Assembly: GCA_964652195.1 (NCBI GenBank)
Contig: CAZZBB010000050.1
Span: 305-64,304 of the forward strand
DNA: 64,000 bases
Reading direction: 5' to 3'
Origin: an uncultured bacterium
GTDB lineage: Bacteria; Poribacteria; WGA-4E; WGA-3G
The position numbers were made by a program, and so were the translations under genes. The notes under the pieces are model-generated. The model was not told the origin of the DNA. It saw only the letters and a list, made by a program, of their open reading frames with translations, and made no database searches. Each line of letters opens with the position of its first letter. The first letter of the stretch is position 1. Positions 50,595 through 59,487 of the stretch are shown in pieces.

Positions 50595-51413
50595 GACATT
50601 TGCTAATGCTGCAAATTCAGTGATGTCTAAAGTTTCTGGACGTCTTTGGGGAGCAATATCTAAGGTGGATAATATTTCGTTCAATCTATCTGAGGTGGCA
50701 AATCGTTTCAAAGAATTTTTTAGCATTTTTCTTCTTCCACGAAATGATTCCCGTACTAACCGAAAAAAGAAAGATACATCTTCTACGGTCACTCTCGGTG
50801 TTTCAAGCATTGATAAGTGAAGTAGTGCCGATTCCACTTTTGGTTCAGGATAGAAATTATCGGGTGAAAGGGTTCCAATCATAGCCGTATCAGCATGGTA
50901 TGATATCCCAATAGTTAACGCACCATAATCTTTTCCACCAGGGGTTGCGACAATCCTCTCTGCTACCTCACGCTGCATCATTAGCACACAACTGCCAAGT
51001 TGATCTGAATGTTCTAACAATTTCCACAAAATTGGAGTTGTTATAGCATAAGGTAAATTCGCTATTACCTTTGGGTATGTGTTTTCCGGTATTAGTGATG
51101 GAATATCTAATTCAAGAAAATCTCCATGTATGATTTCAATTGATGAATCATTGGCAAACTGTGAATCTAATTCAGTATGTAGATTAGAATCTACTTCAAT
51201 CGCTATTACCTTCCCTGCATAACTTGCTAATTCTGATGTGAGAAATCCAAGACCTGCACCAATTTCAATGACAACGTCGGTATTGGATACCTGGCCTGCA
51301 TCAATAATTATTGGCAACACCTCTTCGTTAATTAAAAAGTGTTGTCCTAATTGTTTTTTTGGGTGGATTCGATTAGTTCTCAGGAAGGTTTTAACTTGAT
51401 CCATTAGTGTCAT
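50577..51413 (-). CDS. rsmA: 16S rRNA dimethyladenosine transferase
   Basis: KQLGQHFL, EIGAGLG, ANLPY, MMQREVAER, PEPKVES. Confidence 0.95.
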   Translation of the reverse strand: MTLMDQVKTFLRTNRIHPKKQLGQHFLINEEVLPIIIDAGQVSNTDVVIEIGAGLGFLTSELASYAGKVIAIEVDSNLHTELDSQFANDSSIEIIHGDFLELDIPSLIPENTYPKVIANLPYAITTPILWKLLEHSDQLGSCVLMMQREVAERIVATPGGKDYGALTIGISYHADTAMIGTLSPDNFYPEPKVESALLHLSMLETPRVTVEDVSFFFRLVRESFRGRRKMLKNSLKRFATSDRLNEILSTLDIAPQRRPETLDITEFAALANVLHPNI

Positions 51414-51485
51414 CTTATGTAATTCCTATGTATTTATTCTAATGATGACACCATATACCAAACTTAGCAATATATGTTGATTGCC

Positions 51486-52685
51486 TTATTTCTCTGTCAT
51501 CTTTATGATTTTGTCTAAGATGACATTAGCCACTTCTCGTTTGGTTAGAAGGGGTAATTGCTCACATCTATCGTCTCTATCCAAGAGAGATACAATATTT
51601 GTTTCACCAGCAAATCCTGCCCCCTCGGCAAGTATGTCATTCGCTACTATCAAATCGCAATTTTTATGAATTAACTTCTCTTTGGCATTTTCAAGAACAT
51701 CTTCAGTTTCTGCAGCAAAACACACTGTCAGTTGATTTGTCTTTGACTTTCCAAGTGTATATGCTGTATCAGGAGTCTTTTGAAGATTGAGGGTTAGAGT
51801 ATCATTTTTCTTTTTTAGTTTATGAGAGAAGTAATCTTTTGGACGGTAGTCTACCGGTGCTGCTGCCATAACAACTATGTCGGAGTCATCAAACAAATCT
51901 ACTACCGTATCATGCATTTCTTGTGTAGTATCAACACTAATAGTGTTCACATCCGGTGGTGGAGAAATAGTCGTATGTCCACTTACTAATTGGACAGTTG
52001 CCCCACGGGATGCTGCAACCTCAGCAATGGCATATCCCATTTTACCACTTGATCCATTAGTAATAAATCTAACAGGATCAATATATTCCCTCGTAGCACC
52101 CGCGGTAACAAGCACATTTTTACCCTGAAAATCAATTTGTTGTGTGAGAATTTCTTTTGTACCATCAAGAATTACATCAACAGAACTCAATCTTCCGTCA
52201 CCTTGATATCCACAGGCGAGATCACCACTTTCTGGATCAACAAATTTTACTCCATTTTTACTAAGGGTATTGATATTGTGTTGTACTGATGGGTTTTGTA
52301 GCATGTATCCATTCATTGCAGGTGCAACGAGAATTGGACAATGTACAGATACAGCAACTGTCGAGAGCGCATCATCAGCAATTCCATTTGCCATTTTTCC
52401 CAATATATTAGCAGTCGCAGGAACAATTGCCAATAAGTCGGCGCGATCAGCGAGATCAATATGCGGTGGCTTCCAATCTGCTTGAGTATCAAAAAGGTCA
52501 AGAAGCACAGGATTACGTGATAAAACTTGGAATTGTAAAGGGTTAATCAACCGTGTAGCATTTTGCGTCATCACTACATGAACTGATGCACCCCATTTTA
52601 CCAATTGACTGACGTAATCAAGCGATTTATAGATAGCAATTCCACCCGTTACGCCTATAAGAATAGTCTTATCTCTTAGTTCCAT
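51486..52685 (-). CDS. coaBC: Phosphopantothenoylcysteine decarboxylase/ligase
   Basis: GVTGGIAIYK, PATAN, APAMN, LACG, TAGATRE.IDPVRFITN.SSGKMG. Confidence 0.95.
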   Translation of the reverse strand: MELRDKTILIGVTGGIAIYKSLDYVSQLVKWGASVHVVMTQNATRLINPLQFQVLSRNPVLLDLFDTQADWKPPHIDLADRADLLAIVPATANILGKMANGIADDALSTVAVSVHCPILVAPAMNGYMLQNPSVQHNINTLSKNGVKFVDPESGDLACGYQGDGRLSSVDVILDGTKEILTQQIDFQGKNVLVTAGATREYIDPVRFITNGSSGKMGYAIAEVAASRGATVQLVSGHTTISPPPDVNTISVDTTQEMHDTVVDLFDDSDIVVMAAAPVDYRPKDYFSHKLKKKNDTLTLNLQKTPDTAYTLGKSKTNQLTVCFAAETEDVLENAKEKLIHKNCDLIVANDILAEGAGFAGETNIVSLLDRDDRCEQLPLLTKREVANVILDKIIKMTEK

Positions 52686-52709
52686 AATTATCTAAAAATA
52701 AAATTCAAC

Positions 52710-53357
52710 CTATTGTGGTAAACCAAAGTTCTGAAGAAATGTCGTTATTTGATCATTGTTAATACGTAATCGTTCTGCGGAGATAATATTTTGGATTTCC
52801 AACACTGCTTGTTCCACATCGTCTTCTGGATTAATTACACAGTAGTCGTATTGATCAATTTGGTTGAGTTCTGTTATAGCAATTTCTAATCTGTTTTTGA
52901 GTTCGTCTTCTGATTCGGTATTTCTTCCGCGGAGACGATTTTCAAGAATCTCGTATGTTGAAGGGATAAGGAAAATTAGGATGCTTCTGGCAGGAGTTAG
53001 GTCTTGTTTTTTGATTTGAAGGGCACCCTTAACCTCAATTTCTAAGACAGTGTCTTTCCCTTCTTCACGGGATGCTTCTAATTCTGATTTTGGTGTACCG
53101 TAATAATGCTCTCTATATTTTGCCCATTCTATGAAATGGTTGTTCTGTATGTTCTCTTCAAACTCGGATTTTGTTAAAAAATGATAATTTTCACCATCAA
53201 TTTCATCAGGACGTGCTGTGCGAGACGTGGCTGAAATGGAGAGTCGCAATGTATCATCATTATCACATAATACTTGGGCGACTGTACTTTTACCACCACC
53301 AGACGGGCCCGATATGACAATAACTAAATTTTGACTATAGAGCGGTGATGAATGCAT
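52710..53357 (-). CDS. gmk: Guanylate kinase
   Basis: SGPSGGGKST, SISATSR, YYGT, LEIEVKGA. Confidence 0.95.
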   Translation of the reverse strand: MHSSPLYSQNLVIVISGPSGGGKSTVAQVLCDNDDTLRLSISATSRTARPDEIDGENYHFLTKSEFEENIQNNHFIEWAKYREHYYGTPKSELEASREEGKDTVLEIEVKGALQIKKQDLTPARSILIFLIPSTYEILENRLRGRNTESEDELKNRLEIAITELNQIDQYDYCVINPEDDVEQAVLEIQNIISAERLRINNDQITTFLQNFGLPQ

Positions 53358-53376
53358 GTCAGATTCATTTAAATGG

Positions 53377-53844
53377 TTAATCTGCTGCTTCTGTAGCTTC
53401 TGCCAATTCTAATAGTACTGGTGATTCGACTCGGATTGCGTCCTTAATACATACCTCTTCACACAATTTACAACCTACACAATCTTTCGGTTTTACTAAT
53501 TCACAAATACCGAAGAAACTTTCTGCATGTTCACCAGTGTCTGGATCTTTCAGTTCAAGGCATTCCCAGGGACAGATATGGACACAGAAATCGCAACCGG
53601 AACAAAGCTCTTCATAAATTACGGCGATAGGTCTATGTGTTGGACGAGGTATGAATTTACAGACAGCTCCGAATTGGTCCCGAATTGCTTCAACAGGACA
53701 TACCATGCCACAGGCACTACAATCAATGCATATACTCGGATCAATAATATGTAACATTTTGCGATCACCAGTAATTGCATCAACAGGACATACAGTCAAA
53801 CATGCTATACATCCTATACATTCTTCAGTTATATAATACGCCAT
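53377..53844 (-). CDS. Polyferredoxin with four [4Fe-4S] motifs
   Basis: Four CxxCxxCxxxC motifs. RBS GAAGGAG before ATG 53844. Confidence 0.9.
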   Translation of the reverse strand: MAYYITEECIGCIACLTVCPVDAITGDRKMLHIIDPSICIDCSACGMVCPVEAIRDQFGAVCKFIPRPTHRPIAVIYEELCSGCDFCVHICPWECLELKDPDTGEHAESFFGICELVKPKDCVGCKLCEEVCIKDAIRVESPVLLELAEATEAAD

Positions 53845-53870
53845 AGCAACTACTCCTTCTAATATTCCAT

Positions 53871-53964
53871 ATTTTAACATAAGGTAGTGGAAATGTCAAA
53901 TTGTTAATTTTACGCATAGAATACATCTAAAAAGTTTGTAATCTGTCTCGAAAATTGATATACT
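53871..53964. promoter_or_regulatory. Back-to-back sigma70 promoters (ferredoxin and TPR-selenoprotein)
   Basis: Minus strand: TTGACA (53899-94), 17 bp, TAAAAT (53876-71). Plus strand: TTGTAA (53936-41), 17 bp, TATACT (53959-64). Both have an extended TG. Confidence 0.65.
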
Positions 53965-53990
53965 GTTTCAAAATCTCTTAGGAAGAACAA

Positions 53991-54314
53991 ATGGCAACAC
54001 AAGAACAACTATATGATAAGGCACTGACACTATTTGGTGAAAATAAGCTTGAAGACGCCGTTGAAGCTTTTAATGAACTTATAGAAACCTATCCAGATTA
54101 CATTGAAGGTTATCTCGGATTAGGACACACTTATGAACGTCTGAGTCTATACGATGAAGCGATAGAGGCTGTTAAAAAAGCAATAGAAATTGACCCAAAT
54201 GACCCCCTTGCATATACAAGCCTTTCAATCTGTTATCAACGTAAAGGTATGATACAGGAAGCAGAGGATGCAATGGCAAAATCACAACAAATTCAAATGG
54301 AAGATTCAAAATAA
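53991..54314 (+). CDS. Small TPR protein
   Basis: About three TPRs (GYLGLGHTY...AIEIDPNDPLAYTSLS). Confidence 0.85.
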   Translation: MATQEQLYDKALTLFGENKLEDAVEAFNELIETYPDYIEGYLGLGHTYERLSLYDEAIEAVKKAIEIDPNDPLAYTSLSICYQRKGMIQEAEDAMAKSQQIQMEDSK

Positions 54315-54327
54315 TCATAGGAGACTT

Positions 54328-54855
54328 ATGGCAAATACAATCTTGCTCGATCCTACTGCTCAAGAAGATGTTCCAGTAAAATACTTATCTCCACGACTTG
54401 ATTCTCTAAACGGTAAAGTAATGGGATTGTTAGATATTACGAAAAATGGTAGTGAGATATTTCTTGATCGGTTGGAAGAATTGATATGCGACCAATATGA
54501 TATATCTGAAGTCATTCGTGTAAAGAAACCGACTTTCTCCCGTCCTGCCCCTATCGAATTACTATCTGATCTCGCTGATCAAGCTGATTTTGTTATTGAA
54601 GGTCTTGCTGACTGAGGATCATGTATATCGTGCAGTATGCACGATGGCAGTGTCTTAGAGGAACGTGGTGTTCCGAGTGTAGCAGTCTGTACTGAGGTGT
54701 TTTATGCTGCAGGTAAAGTACAAGCGCGGGTCCTTGGTCATAGTGATTTAGAACCATTAACCGTCGCACATCCCATCCAAAGTCTTACGCCAGATCAGAT
54801 CCGTCATCGTGCTGATGATGTAATAGAAACCATCGTAAAGCGATTGACGAATTAA
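54328..54855 (+). CDS. UGSC family selenoprotein (175 aa, Sec at TGA 54613-15)
   Basis: Two track ORFs in the same frame join as ...EGLAD-U-GSCISCSMHD... RBS AGGAGA. SECIS-like hairpin follows. Confidence 0.88.
54622..54649 (+). promoter_or_regulatory. Bacterial SECIS element
   Basis: Perfect stem ATCGTGCA-GTA-TGCACGAT (54627-45) begins after an 11-nt spacer following UGA. G in the apical loop, bulged lower stem. Confidence 0.75.
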
Positions 54856-55072
54856 ATATCTTTCCCGTTTACAAATTCACCAGAATCATCTCTGATTCAC
54901 AGATACCATTGTTTATTATACCAATTCTAAGTGATTTTGTAGCGTTATTTGTACTATAATTTAGACTATTTCTGATAGGTGTTTCCCCTATTTTCAAAGT
55001 ATTTCTGTTATTTCACCACTTTTCACACGCCAATCTTACTCTGAGAAAAATAACTCAGATGCAGCAAACCGT

Positions 55073-55153
55073 AGCCCCAGAGGCGCGAAATGTCTGTAGA
55101 AATGTCCTACCTCCCAAAGAACAAGCCCCAGAAGGGCGAAATGTCTGTAGAAA
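55073..55153 (+). repeat. REP-like doublet AGCCCCAGAnGnGCGAAATGTCTGTAGAAA x2
   Basis: 30-mers at 55073-102 and 55124-153 (28/30 identical), 51-bp period. Confidence 0.85.
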
Positions 55154-55213
55154 CACTTCCACATGGTTAAGCCTGGGAAAGTCTTTAATGGCATTCATAC
55201 CAATTCTTACATT

Positions 55214-55276
55214 TCTTCTGTTGGAGGGGATTCCGATCCCCGTTCTTCTCTTCTGTAGGAGGGATTCCGATCCCCG
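55214..55276 (+). repeat. Second REP-like doublet TCTTCTGT(A/T)GGAGGG(G)ATTCCGATCCCCG
   Basis: Copies at 55214-42 and 55249-76 with stem GGGGAT/ATCCCC. A decayed copy lies at ~13419-44. Confidence 0.8.
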
Positions 55277-55626
55277 ATCTTATCAACAAAAAACATAATT
55301 CAGACAACCAGTTTGTGCCTTTTATGACGTAAGCAGAAAGTTTACACTACAAAATATTTGCTAACAGCCAGTATATTTCATTAGAGACGACGGTTACAGG
55401 TATAAAAACTTATTGTTGGCAACTTATGAATATGTAAAAGTATCACTATAGAAAATGAACAATTTATTACTCTTTGTAGAATAAAAATGGTATAATTTAC
55501 AATGTTGAATGTTATATTATAATCATCGTCAATTAAGCATTTTGCTTTTGTGTAATATTTTTTTGCACTAAATAACTTCTTTTTTTATATAGGATTATAA
55601 TCAATGAACATAAAGGAACTACTTTA

Positions 55627-58600
55627 ATGCCTCGTATCTTTGACAATATTGACCAACCCCTACTTCAAGCACTTCAACAAACCCTTGAATCCTCCACACA
55701 TGCCGACTTCTGTGTCGGTTATTTTAATCTCAGAGGATGGAGAAGAATTGCACAATACATTGATAATTGGCACGGGGGTGAAGGTGAATGCTGCAGACTT
55801 CTCATTGGAATGCACCGCACCCCTGATGAAGAACTTCGATATGCCATGAGTATTATAAAAGAGACCGGTAGAATTGACAATCAGACTGCACTTCGTCTTA
55901 AGAAAAAGTTGGCGGAAGAATTCAGGGAACAGTTAACTGTTGGAATCCCCACTCGTGACGATGAAATTGGTTTACAACAATTAGCACATCAACTGCGCGA
56001 TGAGAAAGTAAAGGTTAAATTATTTCTTCAACACCCCTTACATGCCAAACTTTATTTACTTCACCGTCCAGACCCAATCTCACCAATTGTTGGATATCTC
56101 GGTAGTAGCAATCTAACACTTGCAGGTTTGTCTCAACAGGGTGAACTCAACATTGATGTACTTGATTCAGATGCATGTCAGAAATTACATGACTGGTTTC
56201 AAGACAGATGGGGCGATAGATGGTGTATTGATATTTCTAAAGATTTAGCTGAGATAATAGAGGAAAGTTGGGCACGAGAAGAACGGATTCCACCATACCA
56301 TATCTATATAAAGATGGCATACCATCTGTCACAGGAAGCTCGCGCAGGATTGAACGAATTTCGTATTCCAAGCAAATTTGAAGACAAACTGCTGGATTTT
56401 CAAGTTGCTGCAGTAAAAATCGCTGCACATCACCTCAATAGGCGAAACGGCGTTCTTATCGGTGATGTCGTAGGTCTCGGAAAAACACTCATGGGAACTG
56501 CACTTGCTGGGATAATGGAAGACGATCAAGGACTTGAAACACTTATCATCTGTCCAAGAAATCTTGTCAGTATGTGGGAACAATATCGTGAACAATACGG
56601 ATTACGTGGAACAGTCCTTTCCATTAGTCAAGTGCTTAACAAACTTGCGGATCTCAAGCGATATAAATTAGTAATGATTGATGAGAGTCATAATCTCAGA
56701 AACCGTGAAGGGCAACGCTATCGTGCAATACAGGACTACATTCTGAAAAATGAGAGTAAAGTGATATTACTTTCTGCCACACCATATAACAAAACCTTTC
56801 TTGATCTTTCTAACCAACTTCGCCTTTTTGTTGATGAAACCGAAGACTTGGGTATACGACCTGATCACTACATCAATAAAATTGGTGGTGAATTGCAATT
56901 TATGACTAAACATCAGAGTGGGATACACACGCTTGCGGCATTTGAACATAGTGAAGAAATAGACGACTGGAGAGAACTCATGCGTCGGTATCTTGTACGA
57001 AGAACACGTAGCTTCATCATGCAAAACTATGCAGAAAATGATCCTGATAAAAATAGAAGATACCTACTATTTCCTGATGGATCGCGCTCCTACTTCCCCA
57101 CCCGTCTCCCAAAGACTGTCAAATTCTCTATTGACGAAAATAACCCTGAAGATTCCTACGCGCAACTTTATTCTGAATCTGTGGTGAATACTATAAACAG
57201 ACTTAATCTGGCACGATACGGACTTGCAAATTATATCAATGAAAATGCACTGGATTCCGCAACTGAAGCAGAAAATTTGCAGATACTGGATTTATCTCGT
57301 GCAGGTCAAAGACTCATGGGTTTTTGCCGTACAAATCTGTTCAAAAGACTTGAAAGTAGTGGAAAAGCATTCATACAATCTGTTGATCGGCATATCTTGC
57401 GAAACTATATCTTTTTGTATGCTATTGAAAACGGTGAACCGTTTCCAATCGGTGGACTTGATGCATCCATGTTGGATACACGTTTTAGTGATGAAGACAC
57501 GGATGATCCGAATTTACTCACTGCAATATCTGATGATGAAGATGCAGAACAGATTGATCCTGAAGATAGACTTGATACTGTATACACTCATGAGAATTAT
57601 CAAGAACGCGCTGCTCTGTTCTATCGACTTTACTTAGAAAAATACAAGAGACGATTCAAATGGATTCGGTCTGACTTATTACTGCCGATCCTAAAGGAAC
57701 AACTTGCAGAAGATGCCGAAGCGCTCATCAACATTTTACAGGAATACGGAGATTGGGATCAAACAAAAGATGCCAAACTCAACGCACTGGAGGAGCTATT
57801 AACACAGACACACTCAGATACAAAAGTGTTGGTGTTCACACAATTTGCTGATACGGTGCGTTATTTGACTGACACGTTAGAGGCGCGCGGGTTGACAAAA
57901 ATTGCAGCTGCTACTGGTGACTCTGCTAATCCTACACAGTTAGCGGCACGGTTTAGTCCTGTTAGTAACGAAATTAAAGGTTCTTTAAGAGCAGAAAATG
58001 AATTACGCGTTCTCATCAGCACGGATATCCTGAGTGAAGGTCAGAATTTGCAGGATTGTGCAATCGTCGTCAACTACGATCTGCCGTGGGCAATTATACG
58101 TTTGGTGCAACGTGCTGGTCGTGTTGATAGAATCGGACAGACAGCAGATGACATTCTATGCTACTCCTTCTTGCCAGCAGATGGTGTTGACCGTATCATC
58201 AATTTAAGGGGACGTGTACGCACACGTTTACAAGAGAGCGGAGAAGTTATCGGAACAGATGAGGCGTTTTTTGAAGATGACGGAGAAAACGGTGACCAAG
58301 TAATTGATGATCTATATAATGAACACGCGGGACTACTTGACGATGATATGGATAACGACGTAGACCTCGTCTCTCATGCATATCAGATTTGGAAAAATGC
58401 TATTACAGATGACCCAGATTTAGAGAAAATTGTAAAAAAACTCCCATCCGTAGTATATTCAACAAAACCACATTCACCGACAGATACCCAACCAGAAGGA
58501 GCATTAGTGTATATCAGAACTGGGGAAGATAACGACGCACTGGCATGGGTAAATGGACACGGAGAAAGTGTTACTGAATCACAATTTACAATTCTTCAAG

Positions 58601-59028
58601 CAGCAGCATGCAATCCTGATACTGAAGCATTGCAACCTTTAGATAAACATCATCAACTTGTCAATGATGCAGCAAAACTAATCATATCTGAAGACAGACG
58701 TATAGGTGGGCAACTCGGTAGATCATCAGGAGCGCGTTTCCGCACCTATCAACGTCTAAAAGATTATGCATCGGAGGTAGAGGAGACTCTGTTTGCACCA
58801 CCAGAACTCAAGCAGGTTATAGAGAATATCTATCGTTACCCGTTGCGTCCAGTAGCAAAGGATATACTTAATCGTCAACTTCGGCTCGGTATAACAAACC
58901 AAAATCTTGCTGATGTTGTGATTGAACTATGGAATGATGGTAGACTCTGCATTATTGAGGAAGAACACGAAATGCAGGAACCCAAAATCGTATGTTCATT
59001 AGGACTTTCAAACAGAGAAGAATTATAA
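55627..59028 (+). CDS. PLD (NgoFVII-like) nuclease fused to SNF2/ResIII-type helicase
   Basis: HAKLY...GSSN PLD motif. Helicase motifs GDVVGLGKT, DESH, SATP, SEGQNLQ, QRAGRVDRIG. Confidence 0.9.
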   Translation: MPRIFDNIDQPLLQALQQTLESSTHADFCVGYFNLRGWRRIAQYIDNWHGGEGECCRLLIGMHRTPDEELRYAMSIIKETGRIDNQTALRLKKKLAEEFREQLTVGIPTRDDEIGLQQLAHQLRDEKVKVKLFLQHPLHAKLYLLHRPDPISPIVGYLGSSNLTLAGLSQQGELNIDVLDSDACQKLHDWFQDRWGDRWCIDISKDLAEIIEESWAREERIPPYHIYIKMAYHLSQEARAGLNEFRIPSKFEDKLLDFQVAAVKIAAHHLNRRNGVLIGDVVGLGKTLMGTALAGIMEDDQGLETLIICPRNLVSMWEQYREQYGLRGTVLSISQVLNKLADLKRYKLVMIDESHNLRNREGQRYRAIQDYILKNESKVILLSATPYNKTFLDLSNQLRLFVDETEDLGIRPDHYINKIGGELQFMTKHQSGIHTLAAFEHSEEIDDWRELMRRYLVRRTRSFIMQNYAENDPDKNRRYLLFPDGSRSYFPTRLPKTVKFSIDENNPEDSYAQLYSESVVNTINRLNLARYGLANYINENALDSATEAENLQILDLSRAGQRLMGFCRTNLFKRLESSGKAFIQSVDRHILRNYIFLYAIENGEPFPIGGLDASMLDTRFSDEDTDDPNLLTAISDDEDAEQIDPEDRLDTVYTHENYQERAALFYRLYLEKYKRRFKWIRSDLLLPILKEQLAEDAEALINILQEYGDWDQTKDAKLNALEELLTQTHSDTKVLVFTQFADTVRYLTDTLEARGLTKIAAATGDSANPTQLAARFSPVSNEIKGSLRAENELRVLISTDILSEGQNLQDCAIVVNYDLPWAIIRLVQRAGRVDRIGQTADDILCYSFLPADGVDRIINLRGRVRTRLQESGEVIGTDEAFFEDDGENGDQVIDDLYNEHAGLLDDDMDNDVDLVSHAYQIWKNAITDDPDLEKIVKKLPSVVYSTKPHSPTDTQPEGALVYIRTGEDNDALAWVNGHGESVTESQFTILQAAACNPDTEALQPLDKHHQLVNDAAKLIISEDRRIGGQLGRSSGARFRTYQRLKDYASEVEETLFAPPELKQVIENIYRYPLRPVAKDILNRQLRLGITNQNLADVVIELWNDGRLCIIEEEHEMQEPKIVCSLGLSNREEL

Positions 59029-59165
59029 CTCATTCTGATAATTTTACTATAGTTGGACAGTTTTAAGAATTAAACAGTGGCATAACACCACAAAATAGAG
59101 CTATGAATGTTATAGTAAAGTTAATAATTAATGAGACATTTCGATGTAGACGAAGACCACCCAGC

Positions 59166-59188
59166 GTAGGGGCGAGGTCCCCTCGCCC
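59166..59188 (+). repeat. GTAG-type REP hairpin
   Basis: GTAG-GGGCGAGG-TCC-CCTCGCCC. Confidence 0.8.
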
Positions 59189-59326
59189 GTTGTGGAGTGT
59201 TTAATTAATTCTATAGTTCAGTATAAATAGTATTCACCATGCTATTGTTTAATATAAACTTATTAATTGGTGAGTTAAGCCACTACCTGTAACTTGCCAA
59301 TAAAGAATACTATCAACCATATTGGT

Positions 59327-59402
59327 AGCACCAGCGGTGCGGAAGGTGTGTAGAAACGTAAATGCCACAACTAATCAAGCACCAGCGGTGCGAAAGGTGT
59401 AT
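59327..59402 (+). repeat. REP-like doublet AGCACCAGCGGTGCG(A/G)AAGGTGT(A/G)T x2
   Basis: Copies at 59327-51 and 59378-402, same family as 13110-13181. Confidence 0.85.
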
Positions 59403-59487
59403 AAAAACAGTTCGAATAGAAAATCCGAAAATTGTCCAAACTATAGTAATTTTATTTAAGAGTTAGTTTTAAAGGGGAGAATTATTT

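Larger units (their letters stand above)
54917..55494. mobile_element. MITE-like composite element C carrying two REP-like doublets
   Basis: TATACCAATTCTAA (54917-30) ... TAAAAATGGTATA (to 55494), same terminus family as element B. Confidence 0.45.
59044..59449. mobile_element. MITE-like composite element D with nested element (59111-59225) and REPs
   Basis: TTACTATAGTTGGACAGTTTT (59044-64) versus AAAATTGTCCAAACTATAGTAA (59428-49). Nested 28-bp inverted repeat matching 20/28. Confidence 0.7.

Noticed and set aside
54268-54855. Two small genes or a nonsense pseudogene, as in the ORF track
   Set aside because: Same reading frame, UGSC motif and SECIS hairpin favour selenocysteine read-through.
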